Positions 36,701 to 51,100 of a DNA stretch of 64,000 nucleotides are shown in pieces (positions within the stretch are counted from its first letter, which is position 1; every line of letters begins with the position of its first letter). A program made the translations under genes and the position numbers. The DNA lies in IMG/VR virus record IMGVR_UViG_3300045988_095709, positions 32,001-96,000 of that record. One strand, given 5' to 3'. This stretch comes from a virus. The notes under the pieces are model-generated. The model was not told the DNA's origin and ran no database searches. It saw only the letters and a program-made list of their open reading frames with translations.

Positions 36701-38508
36701 GAAGCGGTTTGAATGATTTATCTAACGGAGGACTTTCTGACCAAATGTTTGGTCCTGGTGGAAGAACGATGTTGATATATTTAAAAGATACAGATAATAT
36801 ATTATACAAAACAATAGGTGCGATATCTATGAAATACTATTCTAAGAGAAAGAGTGGTAGTTTTTATGATATAATAAATAATTATTACGCGTTAAATAGG
36901 TATCAAGCAAATATCGGTACTATAATATCTAGATATGAAGATTTAATATCATCTTTAGATACAGACGTTATATATATGAATAGTATACTTGGAACATATA
37001 TATGTAACGTACAATAGGATACTGTTCCGTATAACGGTTACGATTATGTGTCTAGAACGTTAGATAGTTATTATAGTTATGGAAACTTATTCGAAGCTAA
37101 TAATAATAGTCACGGTATATTTGACGGAGATTGTTTCATAATGCCTATGGAATATATATCTTTACATAAATATTATTTTCCAAAAATAAAATCTCCAACT
37201 ACTACTATGATAGCATATTCTATACCTGTAGAAACCAATATAAACTTAGCTTATACTTATGGTAACGAATATAGTAGAAACTATAAGGATAGCGGAATAT
37301 CTAATCTACAGATAGAACCTGCAAACGTAAATAATTATTACGCTTAGATAGATCCTTTGTATAATTATAATACTGTATATTCAAGTAACAATTATACTAA
37401 AGTATATTCTCACGAAAGTAATGTGAACGATGAGAATGTAAGCGAAATTGATTACAGATGTCATAATTCTAATGTAAAACTAAATAACGAAAATATAGAT
37501 AGTTGGACTAAGTTTCAACCTGCAGACTATATAGATGTCGATACGAGATACGGTCCTATTACTAATATGAGAAATTTTGAAAACAGATTGATGTTTTGGC
37601 AAGAAAATGCTTTCGGACAATTAAGTGTGAAAGAACGATCTCAAATAATAGACAGTAACAATCAAAGTCTTATATTAGGAACCGGAGGAGTATTGGACAG
37701 ATACGATTATTACGATTAGACATCCGGAATGCATGAAGAACAATATTGTGATGCACAATCAGATAGTTAGTTATATTGGTATGACGATCACAACAAAGAA
37801 TTGAAATCGTTTAATAGACAATCTGTAGTATAGCTGAACAAACAATATAAAACACAAAATGTAATGCACGATTTACATTCTGATATAGAAGAAGAGTAGA
37901 CGTGTATGTTTTATGATAATTATTATAACGAATTAATATCAAAAGTATTATAGAATAACAATTCTATAATATATAGTGAATAGAATAGAATATTTACATC
38001 TGTATGTACTATACCGTTTGACAATTATGTAAAATTCAAAAACGGTACGTTTGTTTTAAAAACAGGAGACGGAAATATAAAAGTAGCTCAATGGAATAAA
38101 AAATACAATGAAAACGGAGAGTATAGTTGTAGAGATATAGATGGAAATATAATACACACATATATATAGTATGTAGTAAATGATCAGCCTTTATATACTA
38201 AGGTTTTTGATAACTAGGAATTAGTATCTGATAATTTAGATATACCTAAGGATTATTTTAAAAATGGTCATACATACGAATGGAAAACAGAATTAAATAA
38301 TACAAAAACAACAGATTTGTAGATTACAGATAGAGAAGGCAATTTTAGATATTCAATCCCTAGAGCTATTGATTCTGAAGGAAATATTAGTAAATTTGGA
38401 AATAGAATCAGAGGAAAATATATGATTTGTAGTATATACAACGATAATACTGAGCACGATGCGTCTTTATCTTATATCTTAACTAAATATAGAATATCAT
38501 GGGCTTAA
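33706..38508 (+). CDS. large tail protein, 1600 aa (muzzle / tubular-B-like by synteny), about 38 in-frame TAG
   Basis: Eight track ORFs (33706 to 37357) are all in frame 1. Every gap checked: TAG only, until TAA 38506. Confidence 0.75.
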
Positions 38509-40418
38509 AAGATAGAAAAAGAATATTAAATCGTTATCAGGCTGGAAAATCAATAACATTCCAGCCTAGAAGTATATACGATCCTATATATAACGGAGCC
38601 GGACCTATGACTCCGTTCTTTGATTAGAATTCATTACTAAAAGAAACGAGTTAGGCTTTAACATCTAGTATACCTACTGTTACTAACATAAACAATAGTC
38701 CTATAACAAATACGAATAATAATACACAAACTAACAAATACGGAAATATTTTACAAAATATGAAAGGAGCGTTAGATACTACTATGAATTACGCTCCTCA
38801 ATTGTTACAGTTTGGAGGATAGATAGCAAACGCATTTGGCGGTGTAAAATCGTAGAATGAACTTTTAGGAGAAGCCGGATCTTCTACCGGTACTATTGAT
38901 GGTATTTCTTACGAAAAACAAAATTCTGTAGACTCCGAAGGTAACATGAAACAATTAAAAGCAGAAAATACAAGTAATACATTAGGTTTGGCTGCATCTG
39001 GAGCGTCTATTGGAAATTCTATAGGAGGTCCGATAGGAGCTGTCGCAGGAGGATTAATAGGAGGTATTGCTGGACTGTTTGGTGGAAGTTCTAGAGAAGA
39101 AAAATTAAAAAGAAGAATCAGAGAAGCTCAACAATATACAGGAAGATTGAATTAGTATAATAGATCTGGAGCATAGTCTGACGCATTATATAGAAATTAT
39201 TATTTAAATAACGATTCAAATTAGGACAAGATGATATACGCAAATAATGGAAAGGACAATAACGTATGGTCTCCGTACGGATATCATAAAGGTCCGACAA
39301 ATAGTATGGTTGGAAAAGGAGAAAGTATATTGAATCTACAAGACGAAACAGCAACTTATGTATCTAAAGGAAAAAGAGGAGTAGATAACCAACCATCTTC
39401 TGTTAGACAAGGCGACGATAATATAATATTAGGAAATGATATAGATTGGTCTAACGGAGTTAAATTTTCAGATTAGGCGGCACCTTATACAATGAAATTA
39501 CAATACATAAATAAGCTTAGAGATAAATCTGGAAGATATGATAAATTAAGTTCTCTCAGTCAAAAAACAAAAGATGTACAAAATAGAGAGATAGATAAAT
39601 ATAAACAACCAATTATGGACAACCTAAGAAACATATCGAATAGACAGAAAATACAACACGAAATACAGAATAGATATGAAACGTACGGATACGATTCCGG
39701 AAAGAATTCTTATCTGTTTCCAGCTATAGCAGGAATAGGTGCTGCATTAAATCAGTATTCTACTTATAACAATCAACCGATACGTTACCACAATACATAT
39801 CGTGAAAATCCATATCAAGCTGAAGCTTTAGCAGGATTAGCTAGAAATAGATATAATATATATCCTGAATTGGATGCTATAAGAAGAATAAGTAGAATGG
39901 GACAATATAGTATAAATAATTCTGGAGGATTAAGCGGAGCTTAGAGATATTTAGGAAGAATAGCAAACATTCTAGGAACGCAATAGAATATATCTAAGGT
40001 ATACAATACGGCACAAGAAGCAAATATGAACGCTAGACAAAATTATTATACTCAGTTGTTAAATGCTGGAGCTAAAGACCAGAGTAATAGAATGCAAGCT
40101 GCACAGCACGATTGGGCTGATTACGTTGCTTCTCACGGTGCTAAATATAAGAATAGAGACATTGCGATATCTAACATGCTTAACCAGATTAATTCTGCTT
40201 ATGCTAACAAATTCAAATACGATACTTGGAAAGATACTGCTGATTTGTATAGACAAAGATTAAATGACGAACAGTTAGAAAAATTAGCACAATTAGAAGG
40301 TGCAAGAGGAGTTTCAACGAGAAATACAATGCCGACGTTTACTAAAACATATAGTTCTGAAACTTCACCGTTCGGTCTTGATTTAAGTTTTAAAAATCTT
40401 ATTAAATTATATAAATAA
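38499..40418 (+). CDS. cargo/ejection-type protein, 639 aa, about 11 in-frame TAG
   Basis: ORFs 38946, 39231, 39492 and 40026 share a frame. Gly-rich hydrophobic segment LGLAASGASIGNSIGGPIGAVAGGLIGGIAGLFGG. Confidence 0.7.
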
Positions 40419-40420
40419 TT

Positions 40421-42148
40421 ATGATATACGGAAGAGATGAAGCCGTTGTGTATCCGGTTGCCGATCTATACGATACCGGAATGATGAATGCATACATATC
40501 GGCTGTAAAAGATGAATACGAAAGAGGACTGAAAGCACAAGACGAATTCGTATCGAAATACGGAGATTTTATGAGTCCTTTTTCTAAAGATGTAGATACT
40601 TGGAACCAACTCACAATGGACCGAGTAGAGAAAGCATATAACGATTTAGAGAAAATAGGAGTAGATCCGATAAGATCTCAAGAGGGCAGACAGTATTTAT
40701 ATAAAGTAATAAGAAGTGTACCTAGAGAAACTCTTTCTAAATTGAAATAGTCTGCTAAAGCTGGAGAAGAATATCTTCAAAATAGATCTAAGTTACAATC
40801 GCAAGGAAGATGGAATCCGGAGTTTGAAAACTTTTTATTAGGTGGTAAGTCTTTTTAGGATTGGAGTACTGTAGATAGTGGAATGTGGGATAGAACTTCT
40901 CCTATGGAATATAAAGATCTAAAAGAACTAACAAGTCCTTGGATGGCAGGTATAGACTCAGAATTCGATGAGGAATTGACAAAAAAGAAAAACGATGGAT
41001 TTGATTACTATACTACTTCTGAAAAGAAGATAAGAGGGGCAATAAACGATAACATCAACGAGTTCTTACTTAATGATTACGGAAAATTCTTCTACAACAA
41101 AGCTCTAAACGACGCTAGATCTACAGCGTTGCCTGGAGAAACAGAAGACAGTATAAGATAGAGGGCTAATAAGTTATTAGAAGATTCCATATATAGTAGA
41201 AATAGCGTGCTTACTAGAAAGAAGAGAGAAGTTAATCCTTACTATATGGAAAGAATTAAATATAGTCACGATATAGCTCTTGAGAATTTAAGACACAAGC
41301 ACGATATGGATAAACTTAAATGGAAAGCTAATAATTCTGGAACTCAAAAGAAACCAAATACTGTAAACTATAATCAGTCATTACTAGTAAGAGGAGCTTT
41401 GAGTTTGTCTGGTGGACAAAAAGCAGTAAATGCATATTATGGAAATCCGGATATGGGATTCAATTTTGCAACTACGCAAACAAAGAATTCGTTCTTAGGA
41501 TGGAAGAAGAAAAATATGAAATTAGGAAGAACGTTTAACTTATCAGGAACAGCTTATAATAATTATAAGAATAGATTCTTAAATTATACAGGATAGATGA
41601 CTGAAGATAAGAAAATGCTTCCTGCAAGATTAGGAAGAAAATATAATACAGTAAGCTCGTTCAACAAGGGTAAAGTATTCTATCTATATCCAAGTGACCT
41701 AGACGATATAGAAAGTACAGACGAGTTTGTAGTTAACAGTTTCGGAAACGTTAAACCTGTAAAATCAGGATACGTTAGAAAACTTAGAAACAGAATGGCT
41801 TACGATAAGTATCGTGATGACAAAGATGAATTAGTAGAAGATAAGAAATATGCTCCACACGTTTACGCACAACCTACAGGTAGAGTGTTTACTAAAGTTG
41901 GTACAAGCGGATAGATACAACAGTATAGTCAGATTAAGACTTACGATACCGACGGTAAATACATTGGAGAAGGTTATATGAAGATAAACGAAGGAGCTCC
42001 TTCTTATAACGATCCTAGCGGAATGATGTCTATATATCCGGAAGGAACAAAGTGGACAAATAAACAGTCTGTAATGGATTATAACGTAGACGTAAAAACA
42101 CTAGGAAGAAGACAAGTAACAAAAACACAATCCACAGGAGAAGATTGA
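40421..42148 (+). CDS. cargo/ejection-type protein, 575 aa, 5 in-frame TAG
   Basis: ORFs 40421, 40883, 41207 and 41597 share a frame. TGA at 42146 lies 1 nt before the next ATG. Confidence 0.7.
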
Positions 42149-42149
42149 T

Positions 42150-45100
42150 ATGGATATAAAAAGAATGCAAGGCGTCGCTTCATAGATTGCAGTATAGAAT
42201 GCAAATCAATGGGAGTGGGACGTACTTAGACGAGAGCGTCTTAGAGAATTAAGCAAAAGAAGATAGTAGAATAATAATACGGGATCTTCTAATACTAAAT
42301 AGAAGGAACAACAGCAATAGAACGAGTAGGCTCAATAGTCGCAACAAGGCGGCTTTAAGCCTACTTATTCTGCTACATAGAGTTCTCAAAATAAAAACAT
42401 AAATCTACATCCTTTCTTTCTGAATGACGACGATTCAAATACAGATCCTAATTAGTTTTTATAGCCTATAGAGGTTTAGAATATGGGCTGGAATACACAA
42501 ACTAAGAATTGGATAAACGAAGGATCTACTGGAAATCAACAAAGAAGAATAAATAACAGAAACGAAATATTAGCTAGATCTAAATATAATGTTGATTTAT
42601 AGTTGCAAAGAAAGAGAAACATAGCAGAAAATAGTAGGAATGGAGATATGGATTTCTATTATGCTCCATACGAAGATGCTGTAAAAGAATACGAAAAAGA
42701 AAAGCAGTGGTATATAAATACAGATCCTAGAGTATTAGAAGCTAAAAGAAAATACGAATAGATAAAGTCAGGAGAACAGCCTGAAGGATATTTTGACAGA
42801 GCTTTGTATGCGTTAGGTCAGATATCTACTCTCGATGTGCACGGTGTTGTTAACGGAATACAATCGATATTTGCTGGTAATAAAGCTAAAAAACAAGATT
42901 TACTAAACGATGCGTACAACGTATGGATGTAGAGAAAAAATGAGACACAGATAGCTACATCTAATGGTAAACTACAAATAGCTGATTAGATATCTAACGT
43001 GTTAGACTCTTCTTCTATAGATAGATATGTAGATGTATGTAACCAATTAATAGCAGATACAGATAGAAGAAATAGTCTTATAGACAAATATACTAGTAGA
43101 ACAGGATAGGGTATTACTAGAGAAGAGTCTTTGGAATTAGACATGTTGAAAAACAGAATAAATACACTTACTAAGGAAAAAGACGAATTTGAAAAAAACA
43201 TAGAATCTGCAGGAACATACGAATCTAATACTTTGTTGGGAGCTGCAATATCTAATGCGCAAGAATATTTAACCAGTGGAGGAGGTTCTTTTAATTTTGA
43301 TTTTGGAACTGGACTTGGTGGATCTCTATTAGGATTTAGAGAGAACATAACCAAATTGTAGAAAGGATTGGCTACAAGAAATCCTCAGATGGTTGAAGAA
43401 GCAAGACAGAACCTTAAAAGAATAAGAGGTGCTTACGAGAATCAATCTTAGAAAATGAAAAATCTCTGGAGAAAAGATATCGAAAGAGATACTAAAGATT
43501 TGAATAGTTATACCAGCAAATATACAGTTAGTGATTACTTTTTAAATAAAGAACAAGAAGCAAATCAAATATTAAATCCGTTCAATCCTAAGAAGTTGTG
43601 GATGGCTCCTGGTCTTTTAGGAGCATCTTTGTCTGATACTAATAAAATGGCTGTTAGCACAGCTACTGGACTTCTTACTATGTTGCCGATAGGAAGAGCT
43701 GCACGAGTAGGATTACAAGCTGCAAACTATGTGTCGTAGGTAGCTCAGGGAGCAGACGAAAACTTTGCTAACGTAGATTAGGCATACAAAGAGATAGTAA
43801 GATCGTCTTTGACTGAACAAGGATAGTATAGAACGTTTTTATAGGACGGTAGAGAAGCTATCGGAAATCCTGCTGCTACTGACGAGGATATAATAAACGC
43901 TTATTTCAGAGGAGATTATATTCCCAAAGACATAAAAGTCAGAAAGACTTTAATGAATGCTACTACAGGTTCAATGAAGTAGTTCATGTAGGGACAGGGA
44001 GTTAATCTATTAGACTCTTGGATAGACATGGCTATAGAAACTACACCTGTTGGTAAGTTTGCAAAACTGTCCAAAATAGAAGCTGTAAAGGGCGCAAAAC
44101 AAGGTCTTGCGAACATTGGAGAATCGTTAGCTGGAACTAAAGCTGGTCAATTTGTAACAAGTGCTCTAAAGAATTCAAAAGGAAAAGCTACACAGCTTGT
44201 AGACAAGATGGTAGAGTATGGAGTACGAAGAACAGCAAACGTTTCACAGATAGCCAAAGAGATGCCAAAAAGACTTCTACAGACTAGATATAATCTTGGA
44301 GTAGCAAATAGAGCAGTAAAAGATATAGCTAAGAGATCTGTGATAGGAGCCTACTCTGAAGCAGTAGAAGAAGGTTTGCAGCAAGAACAGCAATACGAAA
44401 GAATGCACAATCCTTCTGATTAGTACTATGATGTCTATAAATAGATTCCTAATACTATACTGGGAGGTCCTAGATTGTGGTATTCTTTATTGTTCAAAGA
44501 TCCAGACAAGGCTTCGTAGGAAGAATAGGAAATATGGCAAAGCATGGCTGGTGGTATATTAGGATCTTTTGTACAAGGAGGTTCAATGAATATTGTTCGT
44601 ACTGGAGTAGACGCTGTACAACAGATGAAGGATGGAGATATCATACTCAACAATATAATAGCTGATAAAATAAACGGTGACACTCAAATCGAAAAGGCAA
44701 AGTTGTATTCTAAAAAACTAAGAACATAGAGGGGAAAACAAAACCTGATAGATGTATTAGATTAGTATTAGCAATATAATGATAAACTAAATCAATCATA
44801 TAAAGAAGGTGGTGTAAAATAGGGAATACCAGAAGAGTGGATAGCTGAAGATAAAGCTATGGTGTAGGATATAGAAAACATTCGATATTCACAAAAAACA
44901 CAACAGTTAGCTAATAGATTGGGAATCAAAAATAAAAAGTTCAATCTTATAGACAACGACGATTACGATCTACTTGTAGCGATGCTATATAGAAATCAAC
45001 AGCAAATAAAAGAAGACAACGATTCTTTAAGTGAGGTTGTACGTAATCAAGAAAAACAAACTCCTATTACTTTTAACCAGTTCTTAGAAAATCAAGTAAG

Positions 45101-48100
45101 TGCTGGAAATTTAGATTAGAATTTCTTATAGAGTTATATCGGAGAGCAAAACGGAATAACAAGTTTGGTAAATACTGAAAATTTATCAGAAGAAGAGTTA
45201 AACAATGTTTAGAAAAAATATCAAGAATTACAAAATAGATATAATAATTACATTTCTAACATAGATACGATAGCTAAGCTTGCTGCTAATATGAAAACTC
45301 TTCAAGAGATAAAAGCTCTTGATAGACTTAACGGTAGACAGTCTTTTATACAAAAACGCGTAGAAAGAGAAGTCAATAAAATAAAACAAAATATAAATAA
45401 AATATACGAACAGCAAGGAAAGCAAGCTCATAAGATGGATACTCTTTCTGACGTAGAAGATTTTTATAAGAAAGCAGGTCTTCCTATAAGTGAGGATTAT
45501 ATAAATAACATAAAAACTATAGATGAATACAAATTACAACGAGATTTATCTATAGAAAAAGCTTATAAATTTATAACAGATCCCAAATACGCTAAAAAAC
45601 AACTGTCTCAATACAAAGAAACTAAAAAACAAGACGAGTATTTACAACAACAAGTTGAGTCTGACTACTATGATAAAGTTCTACACGATTATGCCGTACA
45701 AGACGCTGAAATAAACGACAGTAATAATATATATGTCGGAGAAGATGGAAAAACTTATGCGGTAAGACTGAATGTAGCAAAAGACGAAAATGGAGAAGAC
45801 GTTGAGTATTATTCTAAACATCTATATGATCCAAAAACTGACGTAATGGACAGAAGTGAACTTCCTTTCGATAAAGAAGAATGGTTCGACGGAAGAGATC
45901 AGATAGATGATATGACGCAAATAAAATCTCCTCAACTTAGAGAAAACGACGGATCTGAAGAACGTGTAGAAGAATTTTCTAAAAGACGAGATGTAAACGA
46001 ATAGAAACAAAAATATACTCAAGATCTATTAAACGATAAGAGTAGAAATGGTTATACAAGTAGAGCGAATCGTATAGAATCTTTTGTAGATGAAAATTAT
46101 TCTCCGTACAAAAGAGGAAAACAGTATTTCTTAAAGAACGGAGAAGAAGAATTAGAGATAACAAAGACGGAATATAATTACGCTAAATGGTATAAGAAAA
46201 ACTATTATACAGAACAACAAGAGGAAACACAAGACGATGTTCAAACCGAATAGGAAAATATAGACGGACAGCGTGATAACGTTGAACCACAGGTTTAGAA
46301 AGAAGAGAAACCTTCTGGACCAGAAGAATCTCAGAACACTGAACAAGAACAACCGATAACAAATAAAGAAGTAGAACAACCTGCGAGCGAACCTGAACAG
46401 AATCAATAGGAACAACAAGATTAGGAAGAAGATCAGAAGGTTCCAGATATAAAAATGACAGACGCTCAGAAAAATGTTATATAGGATCTTTCTCAGTTTA
46501 AGGTAGAAGGTAATAAAAAAATAAGATACGATTTGCGTTCTCCTATGGATTATTTTATAGAAGACGAAGATGGAAATATACAAGCGTATCCTAGAGTACA
46601 TAGTAAACTTAAGAAGATGTTCGAATTAGACCATACTGTATATGACAATATGAATTCTATATTCGAAGAACTTGAGAAATACAGACTTGATTTTATCGAT
46701 GCATTCAAACATAGAAATGACAATCAAGATGCCGCAGATAAATATAAAAAGTCTAAAATTTCATACATAAATAAAATAAAACAGTTACAATAGGAATACA
46801 ACGAGTCATTATTGAAAACTGTAAAAAATAATGAAAACTTGTACGATTTCTATAATGTTATTTTGGATGGATATTATTCTAACGATAATATACTAATGAG
46901 CAAATCCACTACCGATCATATATCTAAAATAGTAGGAAATAGGATTGGTGATAAGGTACAGTTACCTGCTACTTCTGTAATATCTGGTACAATAGTTGAC
47001 GAAATATGTAGAAGATGTTTTAGTGGAGAAGATGTTAAAAACGAACCGAGATTCAAAATGGACGATTCTACATTCGAACAACTTAAACAAGACATAATAG
47101 ATGTAAAGTCTGACTTCGAAAGCAAAGGTTGGATACTACTTCCGCAACAATATTGTTGGTATACTGAATTAGAAGGAATAGGAAGAATCGCAGGAGAAAC
47201 AGATATGTTGGCTGTTGATACTGACGGTTCTGTATATCTTATCGACTTTAAAACAAGTAAGAGATCTTATAAATACGGAACTCAAGTTAAAATTAGTGGG
47301 GATAAGTTAATCACACAACCTTCTAATTACGTAGAAGCTATAGACTGGAGTTTTGCAAAATCTAACTTTTCAGCAAGAGACGAATATAGAACACAGTTTA
47401 CTTTGTACTCTATGATGATACAACAGTGTACTATGTAGAGGCAGAAAGTAAAAACAATAAATATATTAGGATTTACCGTAAAAGCTTCTGTTTCAGATAA
47501 TGATCTTGTACAAATTAAATCAATAGAAAAACCTAATTTTATAGAGTTAGAAATACAGGATGATTTGAATACTTATTTGATTTTTGACGAAGATTCTTAG
47601 AACACAATAAGAAAAGAAAAAGAAAATTATTTAATTCTCATAAATCATATAGAAAATCAGTTACAATCTGATAAAAACTATTTAAATCAGCATTTCGATG
47701 AAATAAATAAGAGTTCAAACTTATATAGAGAGTTAGAACAACTTTCTACTAGAACTAAAGATATAAAATCTAGAATAAATAAAATAGATATAAACAAAGA
47801 TCCTGTATCTGAATTGAAAAACATTCACGATCAATATCTGTAGTTATCTACTGATTACAGTAATGCTGTACAAAAAGTATAGGATTACTTATCTTAGAAA
47901 GCTGAACAATATCAACAAGAACAAACACCTACAGTATCTACACAAAGTATACCTGTAGATATACAGTGGGACTTTAAAGAAATAGAAAAATACGATCGTG
48001 TATGGTATATAAACGTATCTAGGCAGAACGAAAAGCTTAGACAATTCAGAAGGATTACTACAAATAAAGATTTTATCGAAAACACTACTTTCTATTTGGA

Positions 48101-51100
48101 TACAAACATTAAAACGTTGATGAATCATGATTACATGATAACGTTTGAAAAAATAGTATATCACACTAAGGATCAAAACGGAAACGACGTATAGTTTGTA
48201 TTAGAAGGAGATGACGCTAGAAGTGTATCTATTTACTTTGCAAAATACGATTAGGACAGAAGACCGTACGGATACGGATAGAATCCTTTAGTAAAACAAA
48301 TAAAGGAAGCGTTACAACAAAACGAAGAAAACATAAAAAACAAAAACTTCCAATTAGTTTTGACAGGATTATCCAGAACAAATGGAGTCATAATAAGTCT
48401 TAAAGAAAACAAAAATGTAAAAGACACGTTCGATTTTACAGAAGAATAGATAGAACACCTGTTAGAAAATGGTACAGACCGAGTAGGTGTTACTGATAAA
48501 ATGGGTGTTGTAAAAACTATAGATAAAGCAAACAAAACTATATACGGAGACGGTATATATGCAAACTCAGGAGAACGTAGATTATCTCCTGGACAAGTAG
48601 TACTGATACACGATTTAAAATATAACGAGGATAAAGGTAACGGCAACCATAAAATACCAATCGTACTCTTACCGAAAAAGATAACAAATGCCGATGCTGA
48701 TCTTATTATAAACCTACTGAAAGACACAAGTAAGTAGGAATTGGCTGTTACAAATTCTGGTATTGTTGGACCTATAACAAAATATTAGTTGTTATCTACA
48801 CTCGTAAGATTCGGTCGTGGTGCACAAAATACAGGAAACGATTTCGTATTTAGATACAAAGAAATAGACGGTGTTGCACAAAGAGACATTGTAGAACTAC
48901 AAATCAGAGATGAAGAAGGTCAATTAATTACTACAGAATATGACTTGAATAATCCTGTATCTGTAGGTCAATTAAAACGACGTTTAGTAGAAGATGTATA
49001 CTTATATACAAATAATATATCTGTATTAAACAAGGCTACAAATAAGGCAAGAAACACAGATAAAAACAACATATTCTCACAGTTACAAGAATTCTTCGAA
49101 AACAATCCTAATATAAACTAGATAAGTTATGGAGAGAGTATGGTGTTCAATCGTGCAGACGTAGATCCTGACGGAGATGGTTCGTACAAAGGAATAACAG
49201 GATTACACTGGATGATAAGACACGGTTGGCTTACTACTAACTACGGTGGTGTTACAGATTCTATTTTCTCGGCTACAGGAGTTTAGGGAATAATACCGAA
49301 CAAACAGTAGTAGAATATAGAACAACATCCTGAACCAGAAAAAGTAGAAAATATAGACGTATAGCCAGAATAGAATGTCGGCGGAAACATAGGATACGAG
49401 AAAGAAGATGTTGAAGATGTTAGTATAGACGACGTTAACGAACTTCTTGGTGGAGACTTTGTGGCAGACAACGAAGGTCTTTTCCATAAGCAAAAAGGAA
49501 AAGCTAATGTAAAGATAGAAGAGAATGTAGCAAGAAGAACTATAAAACGAATTGTTGGAGACTCTATACCTTTACAGATGATAGACGATATTATATCGGT
49601 AATGTATGATGGAGATGTTGTCGGTATGTGTACTGCAGCTAGTATATATATTTCTAGACAAGCTGAAGCCGGTACTGATTACCACGAGTCTTTCCATGCT
49701 GTTGTCGAACTTCTTATGGATAAAAATAAGCGTGAGAGTTTGTATAAATTTACTAAGAATAAATTTAACATGCAAAACGCTACAGACGAAGAAGTTGCGG
49801 AAGCTTTAGCAGATTTATTCTTCTTATATAGTAAAGATGCTATACATTTTGAGGGAAGAATTGGAAGACTGTTCTCTTATGTAAAAGACTGGATAAATGC
49901 ATTTAAAGTTACAAAAAGTTTAAGGCTTGCTAATTTGTTTGTGAATGCAGATTTTGGAAAATTCGCAAATAAAACTATAAGCAAAGAACAGGTTAACGAT
50001 TTTAAAAATAGATTCCCAAAAGGTCTTAACTTGAAAATAAAAGGTAAGAACGGAAATGGTGTAGAATTTAAACACATATACACATCTACTCAATTAGACG
50101 ACGCAATTAATTATTTAGTATATCTGATAATAAAGAATGAAGGTATAAGTAGTATTGGTTCTAATCTAGACAAGTTAGATATTTCTAAGGAGCATCTTAC
50201 TAATACGAAACTTGACGAAAACAACAAACCGATTTCTAATTTCGGAAAAACTTATAGAATAGTAACAATGAGCGGTAAGTCTGAATAGGAATTGGATGAT
50301 TTAGTAAAAGAAGGAAAGATAACGCCTCTCGTTAAAAACAACGTGTTAATAATGAGAGAAATATTTAACAATTACGAAGACATCAAACCTATGATACTCG
50401 CAAAGTTGAAGAGCATGGGTGTTAACTCTAGACTAGACTAGGAATAGACAGAAAGAGAAAACAAAGAGGGAGACGATGTTAGTCAAATATCACGAGATGT
50501 AGATTCTCACGCAGACGAATTCTACACACATTCGATGTCTGACGATTTATCTTCTAATATGATATTCTTCTTAAGTACTAGACCTGCATTAAGATATGCT
50601 ACATAGGAGGATGTTGATAATGGAATTGTACAATCTTTGTATAAGAAAGATAGAAACGGAAACGAACAGAGAGTTTTAGTATCTTCTTCTAAAAATTCTA
50701 TGGGAATGACTACTTTCCTAGATTACAAACAAGTACACTAGTTATTATTATCAAATCTTCATGATGTGAAAGACGTTGAAGATTTATATAACAAACTTAA
50801 AAAACTAGGAAAGAACGATTATCTTTATGAAAATATAGCAAGAAGTTTATATCAATTTAGATTCCAATCTTATAAGAGATATACCAACAGAAAAGACGGA
50901 ATGGATAACGTACCTATGGTAATGTATAAAGGAAAATTATTAGATCCTAAACATTATATTTCTAATAAAAACAAATTATCATAGGAAGATCTGTATCCTA
51001 AGTTTGTAAGATGGTCTCATGATGTACTCGACAAGAACGGAAAAATAATATTCAAAGCCGGAGATGTGATACAGGGTGCAAGTATTGTGATGAATTACGA

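Noticed and set aside
46152-46601. Minus-strand ORFs of 60-158 aa (for example 46152-46601, 48251-48727, 4315-4698, 8126-8491, 42986-43354, 9897-10232).
   Set aside because: All lie antisense to well-supported + strand genes. They have low-complexity F/L/I/S-rich products typical of antisense reading of AT-rich coding DNA.
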